This document shows, piece after piece, positions 1 to 9,812 of a DNA stretch of 64,000 nt (its first letter is position 1; every line of letters begins with the position of its first letter). The stretch spans positions 9,950 to 73,949 of the forward strand of contig JAUYMS010000035.1 of assembly GCA_030698625.1 (NCBI GenBank), written 5' to 3'. Source of the DNA: Candidatus Omnitrophota bacterium (GTDB lineage Bacteria > Omnitrophota > Omnitrophia > Omnitrophales > Aquincolibacteriaceae). The notes under the pieces were generated by a model. That model was not told the origin of the DNA and did not search any database. It saw only the letters and a program-made list of their open reading frames with translations. The position numbers and the translations under genes are program-made.

Positions 1-7
1 AGACGTC

Positions 8-1273
8 ATGCTCCGAGAAATGAAGATTCGGAGTTATATCGGTACGCCAATTTTAGATGCGCAAGGACGGGTCTTGGGCCTTTTGGTGGTGCTGTTTCGC
101 CGGCCCCTGAAAGAGACTCGCATCGCTGAATCGCTTCTTAAGGTGTTTGCGACGCGAGCCGCCGCAGAGGTCGAACGCAAACGAGCCGAGAAATCACTGC
201 GCGAGAGCGAGGAAGAGAATCGCGAGGCCCGTCAATTTGCCGACCTCCTGATTGATAGCAGCGTGGACGGAATCCTCGCCTTTGATCATGAGTGTCGTTA
301 TACCATGTGGAACTCGGGAATGGAACGGATCACCGATATGGCGCGCAGCGAATGTTTAGGGAAGGTGGCTTTCGACATCTTCCCCTTTTTGAAGGAAATC
401 GGAGAGGACTACTATTTTCAGCAGGCTCTCGGCGGCAATTACGCGGTTGCCAGAGACCGTCGTTTTACACTTCCCGATGGAAGGGAGGGGTTCTTCGAAG
501 GGCATTATTCGCCGATTCGGGATAGGAGCGGGACTGTCGTGGGAGGATTGGCCGTGATCCGTGATATTACGGAGCGCAAGAACTCTATAGAAGCCCTGCG
601 GGTGAGTGAGCGGCTCGTCCAGGAAAATCAGATGCGGCTTTTAAGTATCAGCCATCGTGAACAACAGCGTTTTGGCCAGGATTTACATGACGGCCTGGGG
701 CAGCACTTAACCGGCATAGGTCTCAAAGCCAAAGCTCTAGAAAGCCGTCTGACGAAAGAAAAGATGTCTGTCGGGAAAGAGGCGGCAGAAATTAAAAAAC
801 TTGTTCGTGAGGCCATTCAGATGACGCGCGATATGTCACGCGAGCTCTTTCCTGTCATGGTGACCGAATTTGGTTTGGTGATGGCCCTCGAAGAATTGGT
901 GAAGCATATAGAAGACAGGTTTTCTGTCGGCTGTCGTTTTGAACACGAACCCGGATTACCCGATTTGAGTCATGAGACGGCGACCCATCTCTTTCGTATC
1001 GTTCAAGAAGCGATCAATAATGCAATTCGTCACGGACAAGCGAAGCATATTGTCGTTCGACTGGGGCTTGACCGGGGGCGGGTATTACTTGCTATAGAAG
1101 ACGACGGTCAGGGGATTAGTCCTTTAAAAGAGAAAAGCCAGGGCATGGGTTTTCACATCATGAAAGCACGTGCCGAAGTAGTCGGGGCGATTCTCAGGAT
1201 TCAAAGCGAGGAGAAGAAGGGGACGATCGTTTCATGCCGGATGACCGGGGGGAGGGAGGTTGACTCACGATGA
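8..1273 (+). CDS. GAF-PAS sensor histidine kinase, NarX/UhpB (HisKA_3) type; 5' end probably lies outside the window
   Basis: GAF remnant (SYIGTPILD..G.VLG), PAS/PAC, H-box 'EQQRFGQDLHDGLGQ', 'RIVQEAINNAIRHG' and 'IEDDGQG'; the frame is open to the window edge. Confidence 0.92.
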   Translation: MLREMKIRSYIGTPILDAQGRVLGLLVVLFRRPLKETRIAESLLKVFATRAAAEVERKRAEKSLRESEEENREARQFADLLIDSSVDGILAFDHECRYTMWNSGMERITDMARSECLGKVAFDIFPFLKEIGEDYYFQQALGGNYAVARDRRFTLPDGREGFFEGHYSPIRDRSGTVVGGLAVIRDITERKNSIEALRVSERLVQENQMRLLSISHREQQRFGQDLHDGLGQHLTGIGLKAKALESRLTKEKMSVGKEAAEIKKLVREAIQMTRDMSRELFPVMVTEFGLVMALEELVKHIEDRFSVGCRFEHEPGLPDLSHETATHLFRIVQEAINNAIRHGQAKHIVVRLGLDRGRVLLAIEDDGQGISPLKEKSQGMGFHIMKARAEVVGAILRIQSEEKKGTIVSCRMTGGREVDSR

Positions 1274-1923
1274 GCCGTAAGAAGAAAATTTTACTGGTCG
1301 ATGATCATCCGGTCATGCTTGAGGGCCTCAGCAAGTTGATCGCCGAGAACGAGGGGCTGGCGGTCTGCGGTACAGCCGAGGATGAAGCGGGCGTTATTGA
1401 TGCTATCAGCGAGCACCGTCCCGATGCCATAATCATGGATATCGGATTAAAGAACAGCAACGGCCTTAATATTATGAAGAGTCTTCATGCGCAGAAATCT
1501 ACGATTCCGATCCTCGTGCTCTCCATGCATGACGAAGCCCTTTATGCCGAACGTTGTTTGAAAGCCGGGGCCCTGGGCTACCTCATGAAGCAGGAGGCTC
1601 CCGACAAGGTTATCGAGGCTCTATTTCGTGTCCTATCGGGATCCATTTATGTCAGCGAGAAGATCATCGACCGGATTGTTCAGCGCACGACGACCAACAG
1701 AGACGCTAATGTCCGGGGGATAACCGAATGCCTAACGGACCGGGAGCTTGAGGTTTTTGAGCTGATCGGCACCGGCCACGGTACCCGCGACATTGCCGAA
1801 AAACTCAATCTAAGTGTTAAGACGGTAGAGACTTACAGAGAGCGTATTAAGGTGAAGCTGGGTTTTAAGACGGGCACACAGTTGGTGCAGCAGGCCCATT
1901 CCTGGGTTCAGGACGCGCAGTAA
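1270..1923 (+). CDS. NarL/LuxR-family DNA-binding response regulator
   Basis: Receiver 'LLVDDHP..IMDI..LSMH..K' plus LuxR HTH 'LTDRELEVF..IAEKLNLSVKTVETYR'; ATGA overlap with the kinase. Confidence 0.95.
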   Translation: MSRKKKILLVDDHPVMLEGLSKLIAENEGLAVCGTAEDEAGVIDAISEHRPDAIIMDIGLKNSNGLNIMKSLHAQKSTIPILVLSMHDEALYAERCLKAGALGYLMKQEAPDKVIEALFRVLSGSIYVSEKIIDRIVQRTTTNRDANVRGITECLTDRELEVFELIGTGHGTRDIAEKLNLSVKTVETYRERIKVKLGFKTGTQLVQQAHSWVQDAQ

Positions 1924-2010
1924 CCTCCATCATCCATAGTGTTTTCCCCCACAGAAAGATCAGGTTTAACCCCGATAGATAGGCCCATGCCCCGTGTGCA
2001 TAATCCTCAT

Positions 2011-2475
2011 ATGGATTCGCGAGAGGTTATCGGGAAGGCCATCCGCTGGGGGATGTATCGGTTGAAACCAACCGAGAAACTCAATCTGCTCTTCGTCGGC
2101 GAGGAGCAGAACTACGCCGTCGTTCGCGATCACCTTACCCGCTTGAATAGCACTCTCACATTGTGCGCGGGGGAGTCCCACGTTGTCCCTCAACTGGGAA
2201 AAAGAATCTATCACGGTTGCCTTGTTGAGGTGACGTTCCCTGACCTGAGTGGTCTGCAGATTGCTACCGCCATTCGCGAGGCCGGACCGAAAAACCTGCC
2301 CATTATCGCCTTGACCGAGCCCCTCACGATGAATTTTAAGGAGCGGATTCTTGCGGGCGGCGCGAACGAATGTATTGTGCGGCCTTGGGATGAGAACGCG
2401 ATGAGAAGGGCCTTGGAATACGTACTGCGCTTTAGCGACGTCAATCTCCGGAGACGGCTTCATCCTCGACGTTGA
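2011..2475 (+). CDS. Degenerate single receiver-domain protein
   Basis: Receiver fold 'PDLSGLQIA..IR..LPIIALT..GANECIVRPW'; Glu at the phospho-Asp position; start chosen at ATG 2011 after a -10-like CATAAT. Confidence 0.7.
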   Translation: MDSREVIGKAIRWGMYRLKPTEKLNLLFVGEEQNYAVVRDHLTRLNSTLTLCAGESHVVPQLGKRIYHGCLVEVTFPDLSGLQIATAIREAGPKNLPIIALTEPLTMNFKERILAGGANECIVRPWDENAMRRALEYVLRFSDVNLRRRLHPRR

Positions 2476-2506
2476 TTCCTTGGCGGTCATCTAGCAAAAT
2501 GTTGCG

Positions 2507-2908
2507 ATGGGAGCCCATGAATTTATGTATACCAACGGAACCAGGCTATTATTCGTAGGAGACGAGCTCGATTTTGTCGTCATCCGTGAACGCATGAGAA
2601 AGTTCGACTGCAACGTCGAATTTGCTCTCACAGGCCGGGAGGCCCTCCTTAAGCTGGAAACCAATCATTATGGCGCGTGTCTGATTGCTGTCATGGCGAC
2701 TTCTATGGACTTTGTCCAAGTGGCGTCGATCATTCGGGATGAGGTACATCAAAAGATTCCGATTATTGTGATGAGTGAATCCTTGAGCGAAGATTACCGC
2801 AACAGGATACTGGCGGGTGGTGTGCGCGCCTGTGTCGAACGGCCTTGGGATGACAGGGCTATGGCCGCTGTCGTCGAAACAATACGCCATCATGGAAACG
2901 ACGAGTGA
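2507..2908 (+). CDS. Degenerate single receiver-domain protein, paralog of the upstream gene
   Basis: 'LLFVGDE..A.TGREAL..IPIIVMS..RILAGG...CVERPWD'; Ala at the phospho-Asp position. Confidence 0.7.
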   Translation: MGAHEFMYTNGTRLLFVGDELDFVVIRERMRKFDCNVEFALTGREALLKLETNHYGACLIAVMATSMDFVQVASIIRDEVHQKIPIIVMSESLSEDYRNRILAGGVRACVERPWDDRAMAAVVETIRHHGNDE

Positions 2909-2964
2909 GTTCGAGTAGCCCTTTCGTGATTTAAATTCCTTTCTATGAGTGTTATCATGCAACC

Positions 2965-3357
2965 ATGTTTTCTCTCACCCCCTACATGTACGTTGCCATC
3001 GCATCGTACTTTCTTTTGGTCCTGGGACTTTGCTATCGCAAAAGTAACCGGCAGCTTCACGCCAGACTCATGTCCGGCGCAATTGCGGCCGATATCACGA
3101 TCGTTTTTCTACTGCAAATCAAGAAACACGTCATCGGCACGGCGCTTTCGTCCACTCTCAATATTTGGCAACAGCTCCATGTCGCTGCCTCAGTCACCGC
3201 CGTACTGCTCTACTTACCCGTCCTGATCCTAGGTTACCGATTGCTACGGCACCAGGCAGGTTCGCGGACTCGTTCATGGCATATCCGGTTTGGCCTGGCG
3301 GCATTTCTCTTCCGTACCTTAGGACTGATCTGGATGTTTTCTTTTATTGAAAAATAG
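2965..3357 (+). CDS. DUF420-like four-TM membrane protein
   Basis: Hydrophobic helices with spaced His residues (HARLM, LHV, WHIRFG). Confidence 0.6.
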   Translation: MFSLTPYMYVAIASYFLLVLGLCYRKSNRQLHARLMSGAIAADITIVFLLQIKKHVIGTALSSTLNIWQQLHVAASVTAVLLYLPVLILGYRLLRHQAGSRTRSWHIRFGLAAFLFRTLGLIWMFSFIEK

Positions 3358-3393
3358 TTTTCTATCATGTTAAGAAATGCGAGGTGAATTATC

Positions 3394-3948
3394 ATCTGGG
3401 GACTGCAGGGCATCCAAGAAATTATTAATCCGCACCCTCTCTTTGTGCATTTTCCGATCGGGTTATTGATGGGGGCGACGGCCTTCTATTTTTTGGGTAC
3501 TGTTTTTAAGAAAAATGAGCTTTTTGTCGCCGGTAAGTGGGCGCTTTCTCTGGGTGCCCTCTCGTCCGTTATCACAGCATGGACGGGTTTCGTCGCTTCC
3601 ATGAATGTGCCTCACGGCGGCGGTGCACATGACTTCATGAACACGCATCGAAACCTAGGTTATACGGTTGCGGTCATCGCCGTTCTACTGAGTATCTGGG
3701 TATTTTCTTCCGGCTCGGCGATTCCGGCTAAGGGGAGAGGGCTGTTCTTAGCGGCGCTTGTGCTGCTCAACGCCGTGCTCATTCAAGGCGCCGATCTCGG
3801 CGGACGTATGGTTTTTCTTCACGGCGTTGGTGTCGGCAGAAAAAGTATGATGCCCGCGGCCATGTCCGAAGAGCATGAGGGCAGCGAACACGGCGGCCAC
3901 GAACATGCCGGCCATGAAGCTGCCGGTACTCCGCACGAAGGCCCTTGA
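3394..3948 (+). CDS. DUF2231-family membrane protein with a His-rich C-tail; start uncertain (ATC 3394 or GTG 3445)
   Basis: 'HPLFVHFPIGLL', 'TG..A', 'GA.LGG.MVF.HGVGV'; the conserved HP..VHFP motif begins upstream of the GTG. Confidence 0.8.
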   Translation: MWGLQGIQEIINPHPLFVHFPIGLLMGATAFYFLGTVFKKNELFVAGKWALSLGALSSVITAWTGFVASMNVPHGGGAHDFMNTHRNLGYTVAVIAVLLSIWVFSSGSAIPAKGRGLFLAALVLLNAVLIQGADLGGRMVFLHGVGVGRKSMMPAAMSEEHEGSEHGGHEHAGHEAAGTPHEGP

Positions 3949-3958
3949 GGGTTTGTCT

Positions 3959-4519
3959 ATGAAGAAGCGATGCGAGTGGCCGGGGGAGGACCCCTTGTAC
4001 GTGAAATATCACGATAAGGAATGGGGGGTGCCGGTTCACAATGACCGGAAGCTGTTTGAATTCCTCCTATTGGAAGGCGCCCAGGCAGGTCTCAGTTGGA
4101 TTACCATCCTGCGCAAGAGAGAGAATTATCGAAAGGCGTTCGACAGTTTTGATGTGCGAAGGATCTCCCGCTACAAACGTGCTAAGGAGAAATCCCTTCT
4201 ATCCAATGAGGGCATTGTGAGGAACCGATTGAAGATCGATTCGGCTGTCACTAATGCACAGGCCTTTCTTGATATCCAGAAGGAGTACGGCAGTTTCGAC
4301 CGCTATATATGGCAGTTCGTGCAGCATCGGCCTAAGAAGAACCGGCGGCGGTCACTTCGGGACCTTCCCGCAAAGACACCGGAATCGGATGCGATGTCGA
4401 AAGACCTCAAGAAGAGGGGGTTTCGTTTCGTGGGATCGACTATCTGTTATGCCTTCATGCAAGCCGTGGGCATGGTCAATGATCACGTGCAAAGTTGTTA
4501 CCGCTACCGCCAAGTTTAG
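3959..4519 (+). CDS. tag: DNA-3-methyladenine glycosylase I
   Basis: 'RCEW..DPLYVKYHDKEWGVP', 'LLLEGAQAGLSW', 'GIVRNRLKI', 'YAFMQAVGMVNDH..SC'. Confidence 0.96.
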   Translation: MKKRCEWPGEDPLYVKYHDKEWGVPVHNDRKLFEFLLLEGAQAGLSWITILRKRENYRKAFDSFDVRRISRYKRAKEKSLLSNEGIVRNRLKIDSAVTNAQAFLDIQKEYGSFDRYIWQFVQHRPKKNRRRSLRDLPAKTPESDAMSKDLKKRGFRFVGSTICYAFMQAVGMVNDHVQSCYRYRQV

Positions 4520-4706
4520 CGGCAAGAAGCGCATACCTTCGGTTTCCCAGTAAAAAGTCTCTCTCCCTAGTGCACCCCGCCACTTTCTAGCGATTCATAG
4601 CAAAACCAAGAAATCATGCCTCTACCGTTTGAAAATCCGGAAAACGCCATGTAGATTTTAAAGGCTTTTTAGGCAAATAAAAACTCAGACTAAGGACAGG
4701 CTACAA

Positions 4707-5568
4707 GTGCGCTCAATTAAATATGCGGTTAAAGGATCTTCGTTGTGGCTGTTTGTGATGGTTTTCTGCGTGATTTTTACGGGAGCCCCTCGTGCGCGCG
4801 GCGCGGAGCTGACCGGCGACAACTTGGCCGTATTTATAACCGGTCTTTCAGGCGGCCATCAATTCCAAGCTTATATGGACGAAGCCGTCGGCCAGCTGCA
4901 GGAAGTGCTCCTTGCTAACGCGTATGCCCGGGAGCGGATGATTCGCTTTTCCGAGAGTCAGGACGGCGAACTGCAATGGGGAAAGAACGTGCCTGCACGC
5001 GTTGATCGCTTGGAACCGTTTATGACACGTGTGGCCGAGCGGACCAAGTCTTATGAGAATGTTTTCGTCTTTATAGCCGGCCATGCCAACGGGCGGGATG
5101 AGGAGGCAAAGTTCCATCTTGGGGGAGAGGATGTCTCTTATGAGACGCTCATCCGCTGGATTGACGGTATTCCGGCTGAGCGGCTTATATTGATTTTGGC
5201 CGCCCCGCAAGGCGAGGTATGGATTCGCTCACTGAGCGGCCCCGGCCGCGTTCTTATCGTCGGAAACGGTTTCCGCGAATTTGATTTTCTGCCCACACTT
5301 TTCCTCCGTCTCTTTCCGGAAATATTTCGTGAATTGAGTGAAGCGGCTGAGGCGGAGGGCATCGGATCGATTTCGCTTAGAGATGTTTTTATCGAAACTC
5401 AAACAAGAGTTCAGGAGTGGTATCGCGTCAACGGACTTCACCCGACCGAGGTGGCGTTGATTGATGCGGACGGAGACCAAAGGGGAGAAACACTGATGGA
5501 ACTGCAAGATGGGGAAGATGTGCCGGCGGTAAAGTCAATTCTATTTAAAATTCCAGGAGGTAGTAACC

Positions 5569-5594
<26 letters not shown>
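4707..5594 (+). CDS. Secreted caspase/peptidase-C13-like fold protein of the MoxR operon
   Basis: Signal peptide; 'VFIAGHANG...AKFHLGGED'; the usual catalytic Cys is not evident; overlaps moxR. Confidence 0.5.
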
Positions 5595-6651
<1,057 letters not shown>

Positions 6652-6710
6652 TCAAACCGGTAGGGGGATAACAGAAGAAAACAGCTAAAAGCTTACTGAT
6701 TCGTATGCTT

Positions 6711-6746
6711 GGGTCAAGACTGCTCTGCTTTCTTGGCCCTTTTTTT
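6711..6746 (+). terminator. Intrinsic-terminator-like hairpin between moxR and the DUF58 gene
   Basis: GGGTCAAGA-N11-TCTTGGCCC followed by T7. Confidence 0.55.
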
Positions 6747-6762
6747 GTCCTAAAGAAAGGTA

Positions 6763-7674
6763 ATGATGTCACAAACAGAGCCGCTAAAAAATTTCCTGGA
6801 TCCCAAAACGGTCTCAAAGATTACCGATTTCCGCCTGCTCGTACGCCTGATCGTTGACGGATTCTTTATGGGTGCGCACCGGGGGCCGAAACAGGCCTTT
6901 TCGCTGGAATACAGTAAGCACCGCGACTATTACCCTGGGGACCCCTTGAAACGTGTGGATTGGCGTCTGTTCGGTAAGACCGACCGCCATTTCGTAAAAC
7001 AGTATGAAGAGGAGACCAATCTCGAGGCGTGGCTCGTAGTGGATATCAGTAAATCCATGAGTTATCAGGGGAGTCGTGCGGCCCTGAGCAAACTGCGCTA
7101 TGCGGCTTGTTTGGCGGGAGCGATCGCGCATTGGCTCCTCGGGCAGAAGGACCTGGTGGGTCTCATTCTTTTCGACAGCCGCGTGCGAAAGATCATTCCT
7201 CCGAGCTCGACGAACCGGCAGTTGGCGATTCTGCTCAAAGAACTTTGTAATTTGAAAGAAGGCGAGGAATCACAGTTTGAACATGCAACGCGCCACGCGG
7301 CGAGCCGCATCAAGAGGCGAGGACTCATCATGCTTTTTTCCGATCTCTTGACGGACCCGGATCAAATCGAAAAAACCTTGCGGTATTTTCTGCATCGCGG
7401 AAATGAACTAATCGTATTTCATACACTCGCCCACGAAGAGCTTGAATTTCCCTTTAAGCGCTTTGGTTTTTTCGAGGACATGGAAACGAAACAGAAGATC
7501 CTATTGCAGCCCGAGTATTTGCGCGAAGAGTACTGCAAGCAGATGAAAGAATGCCTGGAGCGGATTAAAAAGACGTGCATGCGGATGAAAGTTCACTACG
7601 AACAAATAGAAACAACAACTCCGTTCGACAAGGCTCTGATGCGGATTGTCGAGACGCGCAAGAGGTTATACTGA
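6763..7674 (+). CDS. DUF58 domain (vWA-like) protein
   Basis: 'G.HRG...FS.EYS.HRDY.PGD...VDWR.FGKTD..VKQYEEET', 'VDISKSM'; directly follows moxR. Confidence 0.93.
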   Translation: MMSQTEPLKNFLDPKTVSKITDFRLLVRLIVDGFFMGAHRGPKQAFSLEYSKHRDYYPGDPLKRVDWRLFGKTDRHFVKQYEEETNLEAWLVVDISKSMSYQGSRAALSKLRYAACLAGAIAHWLLGQKDLVGLILFDSRVRKIIPPSSTNRQLAILLKELCNLKEGEESQFEHATRHAASRIKRRGLIMLFSDLLTDPDQIEKTLRYFLHRGNELIVFHTLAHEELEFPFKRFGFFEDMETKQKILLQPEYLREEYCKQMKECLERIKKTCMRMKVHYEQIETTTPFDKALMRIVETRKRLY

Positions 7675-9806
7675 TGATGGCGCCGTTGCCGTTGCTACCG
7701 CTGTTTTTCCAATCCCCTTGGTTTCTGGCCGGTTTGGTGAGTTTGACCCTGCCGTTTTTGCTCCTTTTGACCAAATCGCGCACATACCGGACAACCTCAT
7801 TTAGCTCCGTCGATTTTCTGCGCACGGTGACGCAGAGGGCGTCGCGGGTCATCGAGATGAAGCGGCTCATACTCCTTCTTGTGCGGATGATGCTGCTAGC
7901 GCTCTTGGCTGCGGCCTTCGCGTTACCGTTCACTTACAAGAATGCGTTTTTCTCGCAAAGTGCGAGCCGGGATCATCTGATCGTTGTACTGGATCGTTCT
8001 TACAGCATGAGTTATCGCGACCGGGATGTGAGTCTGTTCGAGAAGGCGAAAAGTGAGATCCGCTACCTCCTGCGTGATCATAAAATTCATCATCCGTACG
8101 TGTCGCTCTATGTTTTTGATTCAAGGCTGGAACAAGTTGTAGAAAGAAGCCGTGATTATGAGGCCTTTGAAAAGCATTTGGCCGGGGCAGAGGAGTCCGG
8201 CTTTGCCGGGGACATAACGGCGCTTACTCAAAAGTTAGAACGCGAGTTTCGGAAATCCGACGGCACGCGTCGCAGCTTCTATGTTTACTCCGACCTCTCG
8301 GTGCGTGATAAGGAATTGTTCGAGGCTTCTCTTGCTGCAAGTGGAAACAGTCTCGATATACACTGGAGGGGGCTCGAAGTTGAATCCTATCGAAATTTTG
8401 TCATCGAAGACATTGTTTTGCCGCCGCATCCGTTTGTGGCTGGCGAAGAGGGCGAGATCAATGTTCTTTATCGAAGCTACGGTTACACGAATGGTGAGGG
8501 AGTCGATCTGAATCTTTGGGTGGATGATAGAAAAGTGGAAACGCTCAGAGTTATTCTTTCGGGCCCCGGTGCGGCTAACGCTGCGTTCCGTTACCTGTTT
8601 CCCGGTACCGGGACCTATCCCATACGCGTTGAAGCCGGGCCCGATCCTGTGAGTTGGGATAATGTTCGCCGCGCAGTTGCCGAGGCCGAGCCGCGGGTCT
8701 CATTGCTGGCGGTTGAAGCTAAGACCTATGCATACCCCTTTGATAGCCCGATATTCTTTTTCAGCCACGCTCTTCAAAGCCGGCAGGCCGTGGGAGACGG
8801 GAAATCATGGGTCGAATTCGTCAGCGTCCCGACTGAAAGTCTTGCGGATCTGGAACTGAGCCGCTACCCGCTCATATTGATTACCGATCATGCCGGCTTC
8901 GGACCGCGGCTTTTATCGCAGCTGCGCTATTACGTTAAAGAAGGCGGAAACGTTCTCTTCAGTGTGGGGAACGCATTTGACGCGGAGGGGCATAGCGAAA
9001 ACGGTCACTTAGAAAAATTTCTGGGAGGCCACTTCGGACAACGCGAAGACCGAAAACCTCCTGCGGATCCGATGCATCTCGGACCGTTAGATTACTCTCA
9101 GCCTCTGCTCAAGATCTTTGAGGCGGGTCGATTCGGGGATCTGGCAAGAATTCCGTTCCGGGCCCTGGTGCCGTTTATCCCTGCTGCCGAAGCTATGGAT
9201 CAAAAGGTGCTCTTATGGCTCGACTCAAAATGGCCGGTGCTCGTGGAGCAGCCCATGGGCCAAGGGCGCGTTTTCGTATGGACAACATCGCTCAACCATG
9301 ACTGGAATGATTTTCCGAAAGATCCGTTGTACGTTCCTTTCGTTAATGAGTTGCTGAAGTATATTGTTTTGCCCAATGCGCAGAATGTGCACGCTCTGGT
9401 GCTGGGCGAAAAGCTTGTGATCCCTCAGGATCCTTCTCTGGAATACACGGTTCTGAAAACACCCGCCGGCGAACCGATGACCTTTTACCCCTCGCGGAAA
9501 AGCGAACATATCCCGCTTTCTGCAAATACGCCCGGGTTTTACGAATGGGCCGAAGTCTACGCGGAAAAGACGGTCAACAAAGTCATCGCGAGCAATGTTG
9601 ATGCGCGCGAGTCTCTATGGAACCCGGTTACAATCAATGGCGGGATTGCGGCACCGAAAGCAGGAACTCAGAGTCTTCACGCTGAGGGGAGCAGGAAGCT
9701 TTCGGAGCGCATGTTCCTTTACATGCCGATGCTTTACGGCGCGCTTTTTTTGCTTTTGTGTGAAGCGTGGCTGGCAAATCGTTTTTATCAACCAAGGTGG
9801 GTTTAA
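7674..9806 (+). CDS. BatA N-terminal plus vWA-domain membrane protein
   Basis: BatA motif 'F.SPWFL.GL..L.LP.LL..', 'FSSVDFL', MIDAS-like 'DRSYSM', C-terminal TM 'LLLCEAWL'. Confidence 0.85.
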   Translation: MMAPLPLLPLFFQSPWFLAGLVSLTLPFLLLLTKSRTYRTTSFSSVDFLRTVTQRASRVIEMKRLILLLVRMMLLALLAAAFALPFTYKNAFFSQSASRDHLIVVLDRSYSMSYRDRDVSLFEKAKSEIRYLLRDHKIHHPYVSLYVFDSRLEQVVERSRDYEAFEKHLAGAEESGFAGDITALTQKLEREFRKSDGTRRSFYVYSDLSVRDKELFEASLAASGNSLDIHWRGLEVESYRNFVIEDIVLPPHPFVAGEEGEINVLYRSYGYTNGEGVDLNLWVDDRKVETLRVILSGPGAANAAFRYLFPGTGTYPIRVEAGPDPVSWDNVRRAVAEAEPRVSLLAVEAKTYAYPFDSPIFFFSHALQSRQAVGDGKSWVEFVSVPTESLADLELSRYPLILITDHAGFGPRLLSQLRYYVKEGGNVLFSVGNAFDAEGHSENGHLEKFLGGHFGQREDRKPPADPMHLGPLDYSQPLLKIFEAGRFGDLARIPFRALVPFIPAAEAMDQKVLLWLDSKWPVLVEQPMGQGRVFVWTTSLNHDWNDFPKDPLYVPFVNELLKYIVLPNAQNVHALVLGEKLVIPQDPSLEYTVLKTPAGEPMTFYPSRKSEHIPLSANTPGFYEWAEVYAEKTVNKVIASNVDARESLWNPVTINGGIAAPKAGTQSLHAEGSRKLSERMFLYMPMLYGALFLLLCEAWLANRFYQPRWV

Positions 9807-9812
9807 ATAAGA

